From a virus (lineage: Duplodnaviria; Caudoviricetes): 56,887 bases of DNA. The stretch spans positions 1-56,887 of the IMG/VR virus record IMGVR_UViG_3300033153_012363, one strand, 5' to 3'. Positions 1-9,017 of this stretch are shown one piece after another (positions within the stretch are counted from its first letter, which is position 1; each line of letters begins with the position of its first letter). A model generated the notes under the pieces. The model did no database searches. It was given only the letters and a program-made list of their open reading frames with translations, and was not told where the DNA came from. The position numbers and the translations under genes were made by a program.

Positions 1-245
1 TGTATTCCAAACAACTATCTTTACACTTAATACATTGATCATCAATATGGCTATCTTTATGACACCCACATAAACAAACATTTGATTTGTGTTTCATCAT
101 CATCTTCCTTTTTTCAAATTGATTTTTTTTGTCAATTCAATATATATCCACATGAACTCTAAGTTCTTCAGATTTAAATCTAACAAACTTACGTATTGAT
201 TGAATATATTTTCATATACAAAAACTCTCGAGTCATACGGTTAAT

Positions 246-494
246 CTAATCAACCTGCCAAAGCGTTATTTCTTGTGTATCAATATTAAACCCACCAATA
301 CGTATAGGTCCTTCAGTACACTCAATTAATTCCCCATTAAATACCTTATCAAAATATTGCTTAAAAGCTTTAGCAGTACCACACCCAATCTTAATAGGAA
401 TCTTCATATATTTCTTTTTCCATATTGGATGTTTCTTCCAATCAATACCATTTTTTTGATGAATCTTTAATCGTAACCAAGTTCTAAAATACAT
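246..494 (-). CDS. hypothetical phage protein
   Basis: 82 aa ORF, AGGAGG SD upstream, in co-oriented gene run. Confidence 0.7.
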   Translation of the reverse strand: MYFRTWLRLKIHQKNGIDWKKHPIWKKKYMKIPIKIGCGTAKAFKQYFDKVFNGELIECTEGPIRIGGFNIDTQEITLWQVD

Positions 495-507
495 TTTATT
501 CCTCCTT

Positions 508-876
508 TTATTTAATTAAAATACACTCCAATGCATGATATATTTCTTTATTCCCATTTGAAGCGTCAAGCATCAATTCATATTGTATAAAATTTCTATC
601 CTCCGTTCGTATTAAATTTGCTTTCCAAAATTCCTCATTGAAATCTATCAATTCAAATAATTCCTGCTGTCGATCAGATTCCATTCCAAAAGGCCATCCC
701 ATATAATATCTCTTCAAAATTGCAACCAAATCAGATTCAGTTTGTTCATTTATCATACAACTCAATTGTGCCAAATTTCCAAGATCAAAACCGTCATCAC
801 AACTCCAAGAAGTATAAATAACTTTATATTTCTTTTCTTGATTACTCATTTTATTTTTTCTTCTATTATTAATCAA
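508..876 (-). CDS. hypothetical phage protein (start may be ATG at 849)
   Basis: 122 aa acidic ORF tiling the minus-strand run. Confidence 0.65.
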   Translation of the reverse strand: MINNRRKNKMSNQEKKYKVIYTSWSCDDGFDLGNLAQLSCMINEQTESDLVAILKRYYMGWPFGMESDRQQELFELIDFNEEFWKANLIRTEDRNFIQYELMLDASNGNKEIYHALECILIK

Positions 877-1081
877 AAAAGTTACCGTCTGGGTTATCTA
901 ATGGTTCATCATGTTCATATTCATATCTTTTATAACCATAAATACTATCATTATTATAACAATCATCACAAGCCACACAAGTGAAGATATTATATGCATC
1001 ATATCTGCCCCAAGAAGATTGAGAAGGTTTATTATCCTCCTCTAATTGTTTTTTACAATACTTACAAATTATATCTGCCAT
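869..1081 (-). CDS. small putative Zn-binding protein
   Basis: CKYC ... CVACDDC; GGAG SD. Confidence 0.6.
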   Translation of the reverse strand: MADIICKYCKKQLEEDNKPSQSSWGRYDAYNIFTCVACDDCYNNDSIYGYKRYEYEHDEPLDNPDGNFFD

Positions 1082-1096
1082 TTCTTGTCTCCTTTG

Positions 1097-1339
1097 TTAA
1101 TCAGTATATTTTAATTTTTTACCTTCATTCATCCAATAATATAAATTTGCATCCTGCCCATTGTGGCAATTTTTAAACTTGAGACCCGATTCACAAGGGC
1201 ACAATTGGTTTCTACCTATCTTTGGGTAAACAGGTTTATCTCTAGTCCATCTGCCATTTCTTGTTTTTTTCCAAGCTGGGTCTATTAAACTCCAATTGCT
1301 TGTCCTTAAAAATTCAAGCAATCGTTCTTTAGAAGTCAT
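1097..1339 (-). CDS. SEC-C (SecA C-terminal-like) metal-binding motif protein
   Basis: KIGRNQLCPCESGLKFKNCH matches the SEC-C consensus GRNxxCPCGSGKKxKxCH. Confidence 0.8.
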   Translation of the reverse strand: MTSKERLLEFLRTSNWSLIDPAWKKTRNGRWTRDKPVYPKIGRNQLCPCESGLKFKNCHNGQDANLYYWMNEGKKLKYTD

Positions 1340-1548
1340 AATGCCATCCTTTCCATATTTAACCCAACAACAGACATTATATCAACCCACGTATGATTAC
1401 CATCAAATAAATTTTTAACAACCCATTTATAATTTTCATAAACATAAAATGTGAATACTTCCCCATCCCAAGTTATTGCTAAATATTGCATATTATCATA
1501 AGGATCATTCCATTCTATTTTTACAATTGTATCTTCTGGATATTTCAT
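1336..1548 (-). CDS. hypothetical phage protein
   Basis: 70 aa, GGAG SD, ATGA overlap with next gene. Confidence 0.65.
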   Translation of the reverse strand: MKYPEDTIVKIEWNDPYDNMQYLAITWDGEVFTFYVYENYKWVVKNLFDGNHTWVDIMSVVGLNMERMAL

Positions 1549-1561
1549 TATTTATTCTCCT

Positions 1562-1756
1562 TTATTCATATTGAGCAACATAATCCTCAGGTTGCTCATT
1601 AGGACTGTGTAACCCACCTGCAGGATCAAACCACCAACCTTGTTCTTCACAAAGACCACAAACATAATATCTTTCTAGGTCTTGACGATCTTCAGAGTTA
1701 ACATTTCTAACCAATTTCTTTTCTTGACAAACTACACAACGAATATTTGCTTTCAT
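1562..1756 (-). CDS. small putative Zn-finger protein
   Basis: CVVC ... CGLC. Confidence 0.6.
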   Translation of the reverse strand: MKANIRCVVCQEKKLVRNVNSEDRQDLERYYVCGLCEEQGWWFDPAGGLHSPNEQPEDYVAQYE

Positions 1757-1818
1757 TTTATTTTTCTTCCTTTTTTATTTTATTTTTTTTGTTGATTCAA
1801 TATAATTCTACGTTAACT

Positions 1819-2457
1819 CTAACAATAACTTTTTGAAATTTTTTTCCCTTTACTTGTAATCCTATATACTCCATGTTTAATCTTTCTAATGAATCCTTCA
1901 ACTTGTAAAACCGCAAACAATTGACTATAATTAGGTTCTCCAGGATACGTACCCTCAAAAAAGATACCGGGCTTTGATTCAATTTTCATTTCAGCTTGAA
2001 CATGTTTCTTAATTGTTATTTTCCTTTCTTTCAGTTGTTTATTATAATAATCCAAATGCTCTTTCTGAGTCATCCAACGAGTTCCTTTTGTCAACCCTTC
2101 TCCCTTGTTACTTGTATTAAATTTATAAATCCCCCAAGCCAAATTATCAGGATCACTATTCATAGTATGTAACCTAACATCATTTGCTTTACCGGCCTCA
2201 GCCTTAAAACAATCTTTTGAACTATATATTATTACTTTTTCTTTAATATATCCAAGTCCTTTCATCAATTGTCTATGAATCTCTTTCATATTATTAAGAT
2301 TCCTTGTATAATTAAATCTTTCGTTTTTAACTAAGATTCTATATTCAGTATCTTCATTCTCTACTAAATATTTTAAAATCCTACCCGCCATTGAATCTTC
2401 TTTACAACTTGGATGACGATTCCAACTAAGAATTGTATTTAATCTTTCTTGTGTCAT
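1819..2457 (-). CDS. hypothetical basic protein, possible C-terminal winged helix
   Basis: 212 aa, GGAG SD; C-term LQVEGFIRKIKHGVYRITSKG resembles a wHTH wing. Confidence 0.6.
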   Translation of the reverse strand: MTQERLNTILSWNRHPSCKEDSMAGRILKYLVENEDTEYRILVKNERFNYTRNLNNMKEIHRQLMKGLGYIKEKVIIYSSKDCFKAEAGKANDVRLHTMNSDPDNLAWGIYKFNTSNKGEGLTKGTRWMTQKEHLDYYNKQLKERKITIKKHVQAEMKIESKPGIFFEGTYPGEPNYSQLFAVLQVEGFIRKIKHGVYRITSKGKKISKSYC

Positions 2458-2483
2458 TTCCTATCTCCTTTGTTTGTTAAACA

Positions 2484-2846
2484 TTAGCAACTATATGCTG
2501 CCATTATTTGATTGTAATCTCCAAAGACCTCAAATCCTTGATGAATTATCCCATCTGCTTCTGAATCAAATTCTGGATCTTCATCTTGAAGGGCTGCCTC
2601 AATTAAATAAGTTTTCAGATCATAATCTCCTTCTGGAATCCTATCAAGAACTGCATCTAATTGTTCCAAAAGCAAATCTAATTTTAAACATTCACCTGAA
2701 TTCCTCATTGATTTTCTTTCAACATCTTGAGGATCATCAACCAACTCAATTGGAGCATCATTTTTAATTTTACTTGGCGTAGTTTTTTGTTCATTTCTTA
2801 ATTTTTCATTGAGCTTACCACTTCTCTTAATATCTGAGGGTTTCAT
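2484..2846 (-). CDS. hypothetical phage protein
   Basis: 120 aa, GGAGG SD. Confidence 0.65.
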   Translation of the reverse strand: MKPSDIKRSGKLNEKLRNEQKTTPSKIKNDAPIELVDDPQDVERKSMRNSGECLKLDLLLEQLDAVLDRIPEGDYDLKTYLIEAALQDEDPEFDSEADGIIHQGFEVFGDYNQIMAAYSC

Positions 2847-3112
2847 CAGTGATACCTCCTATGATCGTTATCATAAATATAACCAAATTTGTCCTCAATT
2901 GCTTGTTCATCCTCATAGCCTCTTTTCGATAAATCTTGTTGAATGACTCCAAGCAAATCAAGATACTCATCTTGTATATCATCATAATCATCCCAATCTC
3001 CATCTTCACTCATTGTTTTCATCTCAACCCACAACATATAAACTTGCATATCAGACAGTTGACTTAAATTTTTCATTGCCCTTCTCCTTTCATTGTTTTC
3101 ATCATTCTCCAA
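2846..3112 (-). CDS. hypothetical acidic protein
   Basis: 88 aa ORF abutting the next gene; start may be the internal ATG at 3076. Confidence 0.6.
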   Translation of the reverse strand: MENDENNERRRAMKNLSQLSDMQVYMLWVEMKTMSEDGDWDDYDDIQDEYLDLLGVIQQDLSKRGYEDEQAIEDKFGYIYDNDHRRYH

Positions 3113-3321
3113 ACTTCAATTCTATCAGCTCTACCTTCCAAATCTTTGTAAATTAGTTTCAGATCTTCTAATTTCATTGTTGTCATAGAATCATCCATAA
3201 CATCAATTTTATATACCGCAAACATATAATCCGGTTCTCCAAATTCTGAACAACCTGGATGCGGATATCCTAGCTCTATTTCAAAAGCTACGATAAACTG
3301 TGTATGACCAATTTGTACCAT
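3073..3321 (-). CDS. hypothetical phage protein
   Basis: 82 aa, GGAGG SD. Confidence 0.6.
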   Translation of the reverse strand: MVQIGHTQFIVAFEIELGYPHPGCSEFGEPDYMFAVYKIDVMDDSMTTMKLEDLKLIYKDLEGRADRIEVWRMMKTMKGEGQ

Positions 3322-3325
3322 TGTC

Positions 3326-3649
3326 TTATTCCTCCTTGTTTGTTACTAAATTGTATTCTGTATCTGCCCCATAATTGATTAAAGATTTCTCAAGAAACGG
3401 TGCTAAATTCTCCTCAGCCAATTCAATAGCCTCAGCATTGTTAATACCTGAGTATTCCATCTTAGTAATAACAAATTGATAGAACTGTTCCATTATAAAC
3501 GGAAGTTCATCTTTAATAAACTTTTGACATTCTTTACTCGAAGTAAAAAACTTGTTATCTGGCAACATTGCTGAATACGAAACAAATCCGTATCTAACAG
3601 CTTGTTCCCAATTTTCAGAGATAACATATTTCTTTTGAACATTTTCCAT
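3326..3649 (-). CDS. hypothetical phage protein
   Basis: 107 aa ORF in tiled run. Confidence 0.65.
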   Translation of the reverse strand: MENVQKKYVISENWEQAVRYGFVSYSAMLPDNKFFTSSKECQKFIKDELPFIMEQFYQFVITKMEYSGINNAEAIELAEENLAPFLEKSLINYGADTEYNLVTNKEE

Positions 3650-3683
3650 TTTCTTCTTCCTTCTTTTGTTAATAAATTGTTAT

Positions 3684-4172
3684 TTAATTCCTAGCTGCTT
3701 CAACAAACGATGCAATTGCTTCCCTAATATCCTTTTCTTGTTCTAATGTTTTCTTACTGGGTGGTTCTTTCTCAAATTGATATTTAATTCTTCTGAACTT
3801 TGTTTTCCTAAATCTTGCTGAACAATCTGAAAAACAATTCAAATATTCATTAGATACCATTTTGATAAATCCATTATAATTATTCCCTTCTCTAATCAAC
3901 CTTTCAACTATCAAATACCATCTTTGACTTGAATAACCTTTTTCAATTCCCCATTTGATAAACAAATCTAAAACCTTTTCTTTATTGTTCATTTGTTGAA
4001 ACAATTGTTCTATCCAAGGTCTTAATTCCCTTTCCTTGTCTCTCAATTCTAATTCTCTTTGTAACCTCCTTTCTTCTTCCTTCAATACAATATCCCTCTC
4101 ATTGTATTCTTTCTTCTTTTGAATCTTTGTTTCATTGTTTGAAACTTGATTTCTCATGTCTGCTGGATTCAT
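3684..4172 (-). CDS. hypothetical coiled-coil protein
   Basis: 162 aa, E/R/K-rich N-terminal helix; first gene after a strong promoter. Confidence 0.65.
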   Translation of the reverse strand: MNPADMRNQVSNNETKIQKKKEYNERDIVLKEEERRLQRELELRDKERELRPWIEQLFQQMNNKEKVLDLFIKWGIEKGYSSQRWYLIVERLIREGNNYNGFIKMVSNEYLNCFSDCSARFRKTKFRRIKYQFEKEPPSKKTLEQEKDIREAIASFVEAARN

Positions 4173-4262
4173 TGTTTGTTCCTTCCTTGTTTGTTGTTGA
4201 AATATAACTTTATTTGTATTGACTTCTTCATCAGTTTGTTAATTGTTTTATTTTTTAATTAC

Positions 4263-4291
4263 AATATAATCCATTTTTATTTCAATGTCAA
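4263..4291 (-). promoter_or_regulatory. sigma70-type promoter
   Basis: minus strand TTGACA (4291-4286), 17 nt spacer, TATATT (4268-4263), in an intergenic gap. Confidence 0.75.
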
Positions 4292-4344
4292 TAGGGAAAT
4301 GGTAAAAAGTTAAAATTTTTTTGTTGGTTATTTCATTCTACATT

Positions 4345-4365
4345 GCGAGCATCGCGGGGAAGGCC
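4345..4365. repeat. GC-rich intergenic motif, copy 1
   Basis: GCGAGCATCGCGGGGAAGGCC; related inverted copy at 6675-6696. Confidence 0.55.
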
Positions 4366-4374
4366 GGGAAAGTG

Positions 4375-4677
4375 TTATTTTCTAGGATAGGAGTAAAAAG
4401 TAATGAAGGCCTTATAGTTAGAGTAATTGAAAGCCATTTCATCCCACAAAGCTTTCTTTCTTTTAGGGATTGAAGGCATCCCATCTCTAAAAGTATGAGC
4501 CATACTTCTTAAATTTTCATCACAAAATTGTTCAGCAAAACTATAAGCAAGAAGCCATCTACAAGCCTCTATTAAACTTTTATGACCGTTTTCTTTAAAT
4601 CCTTCCTTATATTTTTCATAATACTTCTCAAACAAAGGCCAAGATTTCTCAATATGTTCTGCTGTCATTTCAAACAT
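4375..4677 (-). CDS. hypothetical phage protein
   Basis: 100 aa, TAATG coupling, GGAGG SD. Confidence 0.65.
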   Translation of the reverse strand: MFEMTAEHIEKSWPLFEKYYEKYKEGFKENGHKSLIEACRWLLAYSFAEQFCDENLRSMAHTFRDGMPSIPKRKKALWDEMAFNYSNYKAFITFYSYPRK

Positions 4678-4973
4678 TATGTACCTCCAAAGTAATATCT
4701 TATTGATGTCCCTACTCTATTATATTGTCTTGGTTCATCAACAAACCATAAAGTTGTTTGCTCAATATGAAACGTCTCAAAAAATGGCTTAACCGCAAAG
4801 TTATTTCCAATCATCACATGTACTCCCAAATACCAATCGAATGAAGTTTTTGATGCCTTTTCATACTTTGTTTTCTCTCCCCACATTGCCATCGGAATAA
4901 ATTCTATATAGGTTCTTTCTTGACCTACTACAAATGAACTTAATAGTAAGAACAGAATAATTACTTTTTTCAT
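4677..4973 (-). CDS. small secreted beta-strand (outer-membrane-like) protein
   Basis: signal peptide MKKVIILFLLLSSFVVG-Q; aromatic amphipathic strands ending IRYYFGGT. Confidence 0.55.
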   Translation of the reverse strand: MKKVIILFLLLSSFVVGQERTYIEFIPMAMWGEKTKYEKASKTSFDWYLGVHVMIGNNFAVKPFFETFHIEQTTLWFVDEPRQYNRVGTSIRYYFGGT

Positions 4974-4974
4974 A

Positions 4975-5277
4975 TCAATTCTCCTTATCTTTAATTTTTC
5001 CCCAAATTGCTCCTATATTAATCGTATCTCCCACTCTCCAATTCTTATTTGAATATATTTTTATCATATCATCTTTTATAATAAAAAAATCTTCTTCAGT
5101 TTTTAAACTTGTTGTATATTCGTATCTATAAGTCTTATCATCAATATCAATATTCACAATAACTTTTCCGGTTATGAATATTTCCTCTCCAATAATCCAT
5201 AAACCTCGATTGTTTAATCCAATCCACAATGACAAAAGCAACATTATATTAACCGCTAACATAATTGAATATTTCAT
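4975..5277 (-). CDS. membrane-anchored hypothetical protein
   Basis: hydrophobic N-term MKYSIMLAVNIMLLLSLWIGL; ATGA overlap at 5274-5277 used as start. Confidence 0.6.
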   Translation of the reverse strand: MKYSIMLAVNIMLLLSLWIGLNNRGLWIIGEEIFITGKVIVNIDIDDKTYRYEYTTSLKTEEDFFIIKDDMIKIYSNKNWRVGDTINIGAIWGKIKDKEN

Positions 5278-5717
5278 ATTATCCTCAACCAATTTCTTAA
5301 TTTCTTTGAAAAATATTTCTTATCTATTTCTAAATAATCATAAATATCTTCTATTAATTTTAAACTATCGCCCAACTCAACAATTTCTAATAACTCAATC
5401 TGTTTGCCTACAAAAACTTCTTGATGAAAATCATCTATTCCTTCAATATAAACACCTGATAATCTACATTTAACTACAATAAATCTATAACCAAAATCTA
5501 TAGGTATTTCTTTATAACCGTGAAAACCAGGCTTATAATCCATTCCATAATCGCTAAACCTATTTACTTCAATATTTTCAGCTTGATAAAATTTACCAAA
5601 TTCATAGATAGTCTCGTGCCATTCCCCACTAAATTTTCTATCAATATTCACATGATACACTTTATAAACCATTCTAGATTCGAATGAAACTTTTTTCTTA
5701 TTTGTTTTTAAGCACAT
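5274..5717 (-). CDS. hypothetical phage protein
   Basis: 147 aa, GAGG SD, YKPGFHGY motif. Confidence 0.65.
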   Translation of the reverse strand: MCLKTNKKKVSFESRMVYKVYHVNIDRKFSGEWHETIYEFGKFYQAENIEVNRFSDYGMDYKPGFHGYKEIPIDFGYRFIVVKCRLSGVYIEGIDDFHQEVFVGKQIELLEIVELGDSLKLIEDIYDYLEIDKKYFSKKLRNWLRII

Positions 5718-5726
5718 AATTACCTC

Positions 5727-6122
5727 TTATATTAACTTTAAAGATGTTTCAGACCAAATTGTATTCATTTCCTTATTCTTAGTCGTATATGAATACCCAG
5801 AAAAATGAGATTCACTTATATAAGCTTTTTGAATCCAATCGCCATAATCAGTTCTGGGAAACCAAACTTTCAATATTTTTCCATCAAAACTCCACGGCAA
5901 ACTACAAGAATCTATAGTATCTTCCAAAGTGCATAAACCATTCCAATCAAATTTCCCATTAGAATCAACCACCTGATATTCTCTATGTATTTCAGTTACC
6001 ACACTCTCAATTAAACCACATAAATCTTTCGAATGAGAAACTGAATCACCAACTTTAAATAATGGTTGAGTCGGCATATCTTTCTGAAAATAAATAACTT
6101 TTAATTTATTCTTTTTACTCAT
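5727..6122 (-). CDS. hypothetical phage protein
   Basis: 131 aa; FKVGDSV SH3-like start. Confidence 0.65.
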   Translation of the reverse strand: MSKKNKLKVIYFQKDMPTQPLFKVGDSVSHSKDLCGLIESVVTEIHREYQVVDSNGKFDWNGLCTLEDTIDSCSLPWSFDGKILKVWFPRTDYGDWIQKAYISESHFSGYSYTTKNKEMNTIWSETSLKLI

Positions 6123-6393
6123 TCATAACCCTTTCATACTCAAAATGATCTTCAATTTCTTTTTGAGAAACTCCGGCTATTTTCAGTGCAGTCAATAAAA
6201 CTATTTTTGCTGAGCATTCGGAATCAATAACTTTAAGTGAAACCCCTTTCTTTGTTGGAAGCCATTCACCATCTTTTTCATAATGATTCCTAATATCCAA
6301 TTTATTTCCATCCCCATTTTTAACTAAAGAAACTCTAACAATTAAATTACTAGACTTTCCAAAATCTTTCGAGTCAAGAACATCCCAAGGCAT
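6115..6393 (-). CDS. PC4/YdbC-family ssDNA-binding protein
   Basis: KLDIRNHYEKDGEWLPTKKGVSL matches the PC4 signature DIR..Y...G...P..KG.SL. Confidence 0.85.
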   Translation of the reverse strand: MPWDVLDSKDFGKSSNLIVRVSLVKNGDGNKLDIRNHYEKDGEWLPTKKGVSLKVIDSECSAKIVLLTALKIAGVSQKEIEDHFEYERVMNE

Positions 6394-6438
6394 AATATCC
6401 TCCAGTGAAGTTAGATAAAATTTTGTTTATTTACAATA

Positions 6439-6446
6439 CAAATATA
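6439..6446 (-). promoter_or_regulatory. TATATTTG promoter-like element
   Basis: same octamer recurs on the coding strand upstream of genes at 8564, 12504, 16575, 16939 and 37841. Confidence 0.55.
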
Positions 6447-6448
6447 TC

Positions 6449-6652
6449 TCAGCAGTTAATCTGAAACTCAATTATATTTTCACAAGCTAAACACCTAAAA
6501 TATAAAACGTATTCTTCATGAATACTATACGCCATATCATCTTTTACTCCAACTTCAACCTCTGCACACCCACATTCTGAACAGAATAAATCAAAATGCT
6601 CATTTAATTGCTTAATAAACTCTTTTGAGAGCTCATTTAAACTGTCATCCAT
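6449..6652 (-). CDS. Zn-ribbon protein
   Basis: CSECGC ... CLAC. Confidence 0.6.
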   Translation of the reverse strand: MDDSLNELSKEFIKQLNEHFDLFCSECGCAEVEVGVKDDMAYSIHEEYVLYFRCLACENIIEFQINC

Positions 6653-6674
6653 TTAATACCTCTTTTTATATTTT

Positions 6675-6696
6675 GGCCTTTCCCCGCCGCGTTCGC
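6675..6696. repeat. GC-rich intergenic motif, copy 2 (inverted)
   Basis: reverse complement GCGAACGCGGCGGGGAAAGGCC aligns with 4345-4365. Confidence 0.55.
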
Positions 6697-6707
6697 GAGG
6701 AATGAGT

Positions 6708-6932
6708 TTATAGCCTTTCACAGTTTACAGGAATTTGTCCTAGTTTTATAGTACGTTCTAATGCTGTAACAGCTTCATCATTAGTCATATATTTAGTCTC
6801 TCTTGAATAAGGTCCACAATTATTGCATTCAAACCCTAAATAATATCCAGCATTAGATCTTAAAGTCTCAATATACAATACTGCTCCACAACCCGAACAT
6901 ACTGTCTGTGTATCTCCAACTGTTTCATTCAT
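6708..6932 (-). CDS. small phage Zn-ribbon protein
   Basis: CSGC ... SNAGYYLGFECNNCGPYSRET. Confidence 0.65.
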   Translation of the reverse strand: MNETVGDTQTVCSGCGAVLYIETLRSNAGYYLGFECNNCGPYSRETKYMTNDEAVTALERTIKLGQIPVNCERL

Positions 6933-6934
6933 TA

Positions 6935-7291
6935 TTATCCTTTATAAATACTTGGTAAATCATCTGGTTTATCAGAATTTATTACTCTTTCATATAATGC
7001 TTTCGAACTCTTTTCAAATACTTTATAAATATCTTTGGCGATAGGAAGGAAAACATCACAACTATCCTCATATATCTTTTCGGCTTTTCCAGGTCCATGT
7101 CTCCTTCTCACATTATAATTAAGTGCATCATCAATAGCAAAATCAATATCAATCTGCTCTTCATAACCTTGATTAGCTATCAAATCACTTGATATATGAT
7201 CAAAAATTCTTGACAACTCTTTCTCATCAAAAACTTCTTTCAAAAAAGTTAACTTCTCCATAATTATTTCAGGTTCCATAACTATCCTCAT
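6935..7291 (-). CDS. hypothetical phage protein
   Basis: 118 aa, TAATG coupling. Confidence 0.65.
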   Translation of the reverse strand: MRIVMEPEIIMEKLTFLKEVFDEKELSRIFDHISSDLIANQGYEEQIDIDFAIDDALNYNVRRRHGPGKAEKIYEDSCDVFLPIAKDIYKVFEKSSKALYERVINSDKPDDLPSIYKG

Positions 7292-7599
7292 TATAATGAT
7301 TGAATATTCTTCATTGCATCAATTATTACTCTTTTTGAATTAACATCTAAAATACAACGATATCTTCCGTTTTTAATCTGATGTACCTTAATAAAACCAT
7401 GTTCTACAGCAATTTTACCCCAAATCTTATATTCCTTTTCAGAAATTGAAAATCTATCTCCCAACACTAGACTAAAATGTCTATTTGTGAATAAACACCT
7501 TCTTGAAACATTCAATAATGCAAACGTATAAGGAAATCTTTTAATAAAGTTCTTTTGTTCTGATGAACGTTTCTTTTGCTTTGGAATATTTTCTTTCAT
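7291..7599 (-). CDS. hypothetical basic protein (start revised to ATG 7599)
   Basis: MKENIPKQ...; ATGA overlap with upstream small ORF. Confidence 0.6.
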   Translation of the reverse strand: MKENIPKQKKRSSEQKNFIKRFPYTFALLNVSRRCLFTNRHFSLVLGDRFSISEKEYKIWGKIAVEHGFIKVHQIKNGRYRCILDVNSKRVIIDAMKNIQSL

Positions 7600-7712
7600 A
7601 ACAAACTCCAACATAAAGTACCTATTCCCACAATAATGCAGATAAAATAAAACACACACCAAAAATATTTTCTATTTCTTTGACGAATTCTATCAAAATC
7701 TTTTATCTTCAT
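7596..7712 (-). CDS. 38 aa membrane peptide (not in ORF track)
   Basis: MKIKDFDRIRQRNRKYFWCVFYFICIIVGIGTLCWSLL, AGGAG SD, ATGA coupling. Confidence 0.55.
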   Translation of the reverse strand: MKIKDFDRIRQRNRKYFWCVFYFICIIVGIGTLCWSLL

Positions 7713-7793
7713 TATGTTCTCCTTCAATAAAATGAATACTCTCTAAGATCTTCGAGTATTTTTTCAATACAATTATATATAAAAATAATCGTG

Positions 7794-8528
7794 CTAACTC
7801 AATAAACTTTGGTTAATGTGATTCTTATCACCATTTAAACCCTTATGAATGTCCATATTCTTTCCAGCTTGGTGTCCTTGAATAAAACCATCTATTGCTT
7901 TAGAACCCTTCCTGATTGATTCTTTCATTTTAGGAAACTCATTTTTCATATAATTATCTAAAGCAGCAGTATTATGCTTTATTAAAGCCTGAATATCATT
8001 ACTTTGTACTTGAGTCTTTTCCCATTCAGTTCTCAATTTATCTCTAATACCCATAGCCCCACCCATCAAAAACCCCCTTCTAAAAGCATTTTTCTTTTCA
8101 GGGCCATAATAGATTTTCCAAGCAAAGGTTCCTAAAATTCTTAATTTCGGAATTAATTGGTCTCCTAAATAAGAGACTATTTCAATATTCTCTTCACTGC
8201 CAATAAGTGCATATTCCTCAAGATCTTTTCTATGTCTGACTGTAAGAATAATAAAATCACACATATTGTAATTACACAAACCTCTATATAACTGACTTAA
8301 CCACGACCCCTCATTACCTTTTATAACATCTTTAACCCAAATTTTCTTAATTATAAAAGGCGAAGTATCTTTTTCTACTTGAGAACGATCTAAATTATAT
8401 TTTAATAAAATGGCTTGAGCTTTGGTAGCAGCATTTTCTGCCTCATGAAGTGACCCCATTTTTATTGCCCCCTCCTCAAAATCTAATAACTTTCGAAGTT
8501 TATCTCTAACATTATCTGGTAATTTCAT
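7794..8528 (-). CDS. DUF2786-domain protein
   Basis: N-term KLRKLL...EAENAATKAQAILLKYNL; later AFRRGFLMG and GFIQGHQAG motifs typical of the family. Confidence 0.8.
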   Translation of the reverse strand: MKLPDNVRDKLRKLLDFEEGAIKMGSLHEAENAATKAQAILLKYNLDRSQVEKDTSPFIIKKIWVKDVIKGNEGSWLSQLYRGLCNYNMCDFIILTVRHRKDLEEYALIGSEENIEIVSYLGDQLIPKLRILGTFAWKIYYGPEKKNAFRRGFLMGGAMGIRDKLRTEWEKTQVQSNDIQALIKHNTAALDNYMKNEFPKMKESIRKGSKAIDGFIQGHQAGKNMDIHKGLNGDKNHINQSLLS

Positions 8529-8593
8529 TGTATCCCTATAAATAATTTTTATTTAGTTCAATACAAATATAACTCCTCATAACCTTAAAAACA

Positions 8594-8661
8594 GCCTGAT
8601 AGCTATAAATTAGGTGGGGTAAAACCTAATCTACGGCCCGAAAAAAACCTCGCTATCAGGC
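8594..8661 (-). terminator. branched stem-loop / terminator
   Basis: perfect 10 bp stem 8594-8603/8652-8661 enclosing ATTAGGT/ACCTAAT hairpin, followed by UGUUUUU on the minus strand. Confidence 0.6.
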
Positions 8662-8892
8662 CTAACCTACTTCAAAAAAATGTGTTGCCGTAACCAAAAG
8701 ATGATCATAATCACCAGACATCATTTCTTTTCTTATTTCTTTCCATTCATCTTCTGTATATTTATTTCTAGCAGCTCTTTGACAAAGTCCTAATACTCTA
8801 AAAGCATTACCATCCTCACCAACCAATGTCACTTCAGGTTTATTTTCTAACGGTTGTAATTTTATATCTGTATTAAAATTAGTTTCATCCAT
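8662..8892 (-). CDS. small conserved-type phage protein
   Basis: LVGEDGNAF...SGDYDHLL motif, which I recognise from phage hypothetical proteins. Confidence 0.7.
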   Translation of the reverse strand: MDETNFNTDIKLQPLENKPEVTLVGEDGNAFRVLGLCQRAARNKYTEDEWKEIRKEMMSGDYDHLLVTATHFFEVG

Positions 8893-9017
8893 TAGTATCT
8901 CCTTTTCTGATTCGCTGGAGTATACTTCTTAAATTTACCCTCTTTATGATGAGCTCCCTCTTTATGTTTTTTACCTCTTATTTTAAAACCACATTCTTTA
9001 CATTTTTCTCTTTTCAT
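8892..9017 (-). CDS. 41 aa basic CxxC/His peptide (not in ORF track)
   Basis: MKREKCKECGFKIRGKKHKEGAHHKEGKFKKYTPANQKRRY; TAATG-coupled at both ends. Confidence 0.6.
   Translation of the reverse strand: MKREKCKECGFKIRGKKHKEGAHHKEGKFKKYTPANQKRRY

Noticed and set aside
100-135. Minus-strand TTGACA at 130-135 as a promoter
   Set aside because: No -10 hexamer at 16-18 nt spacing.
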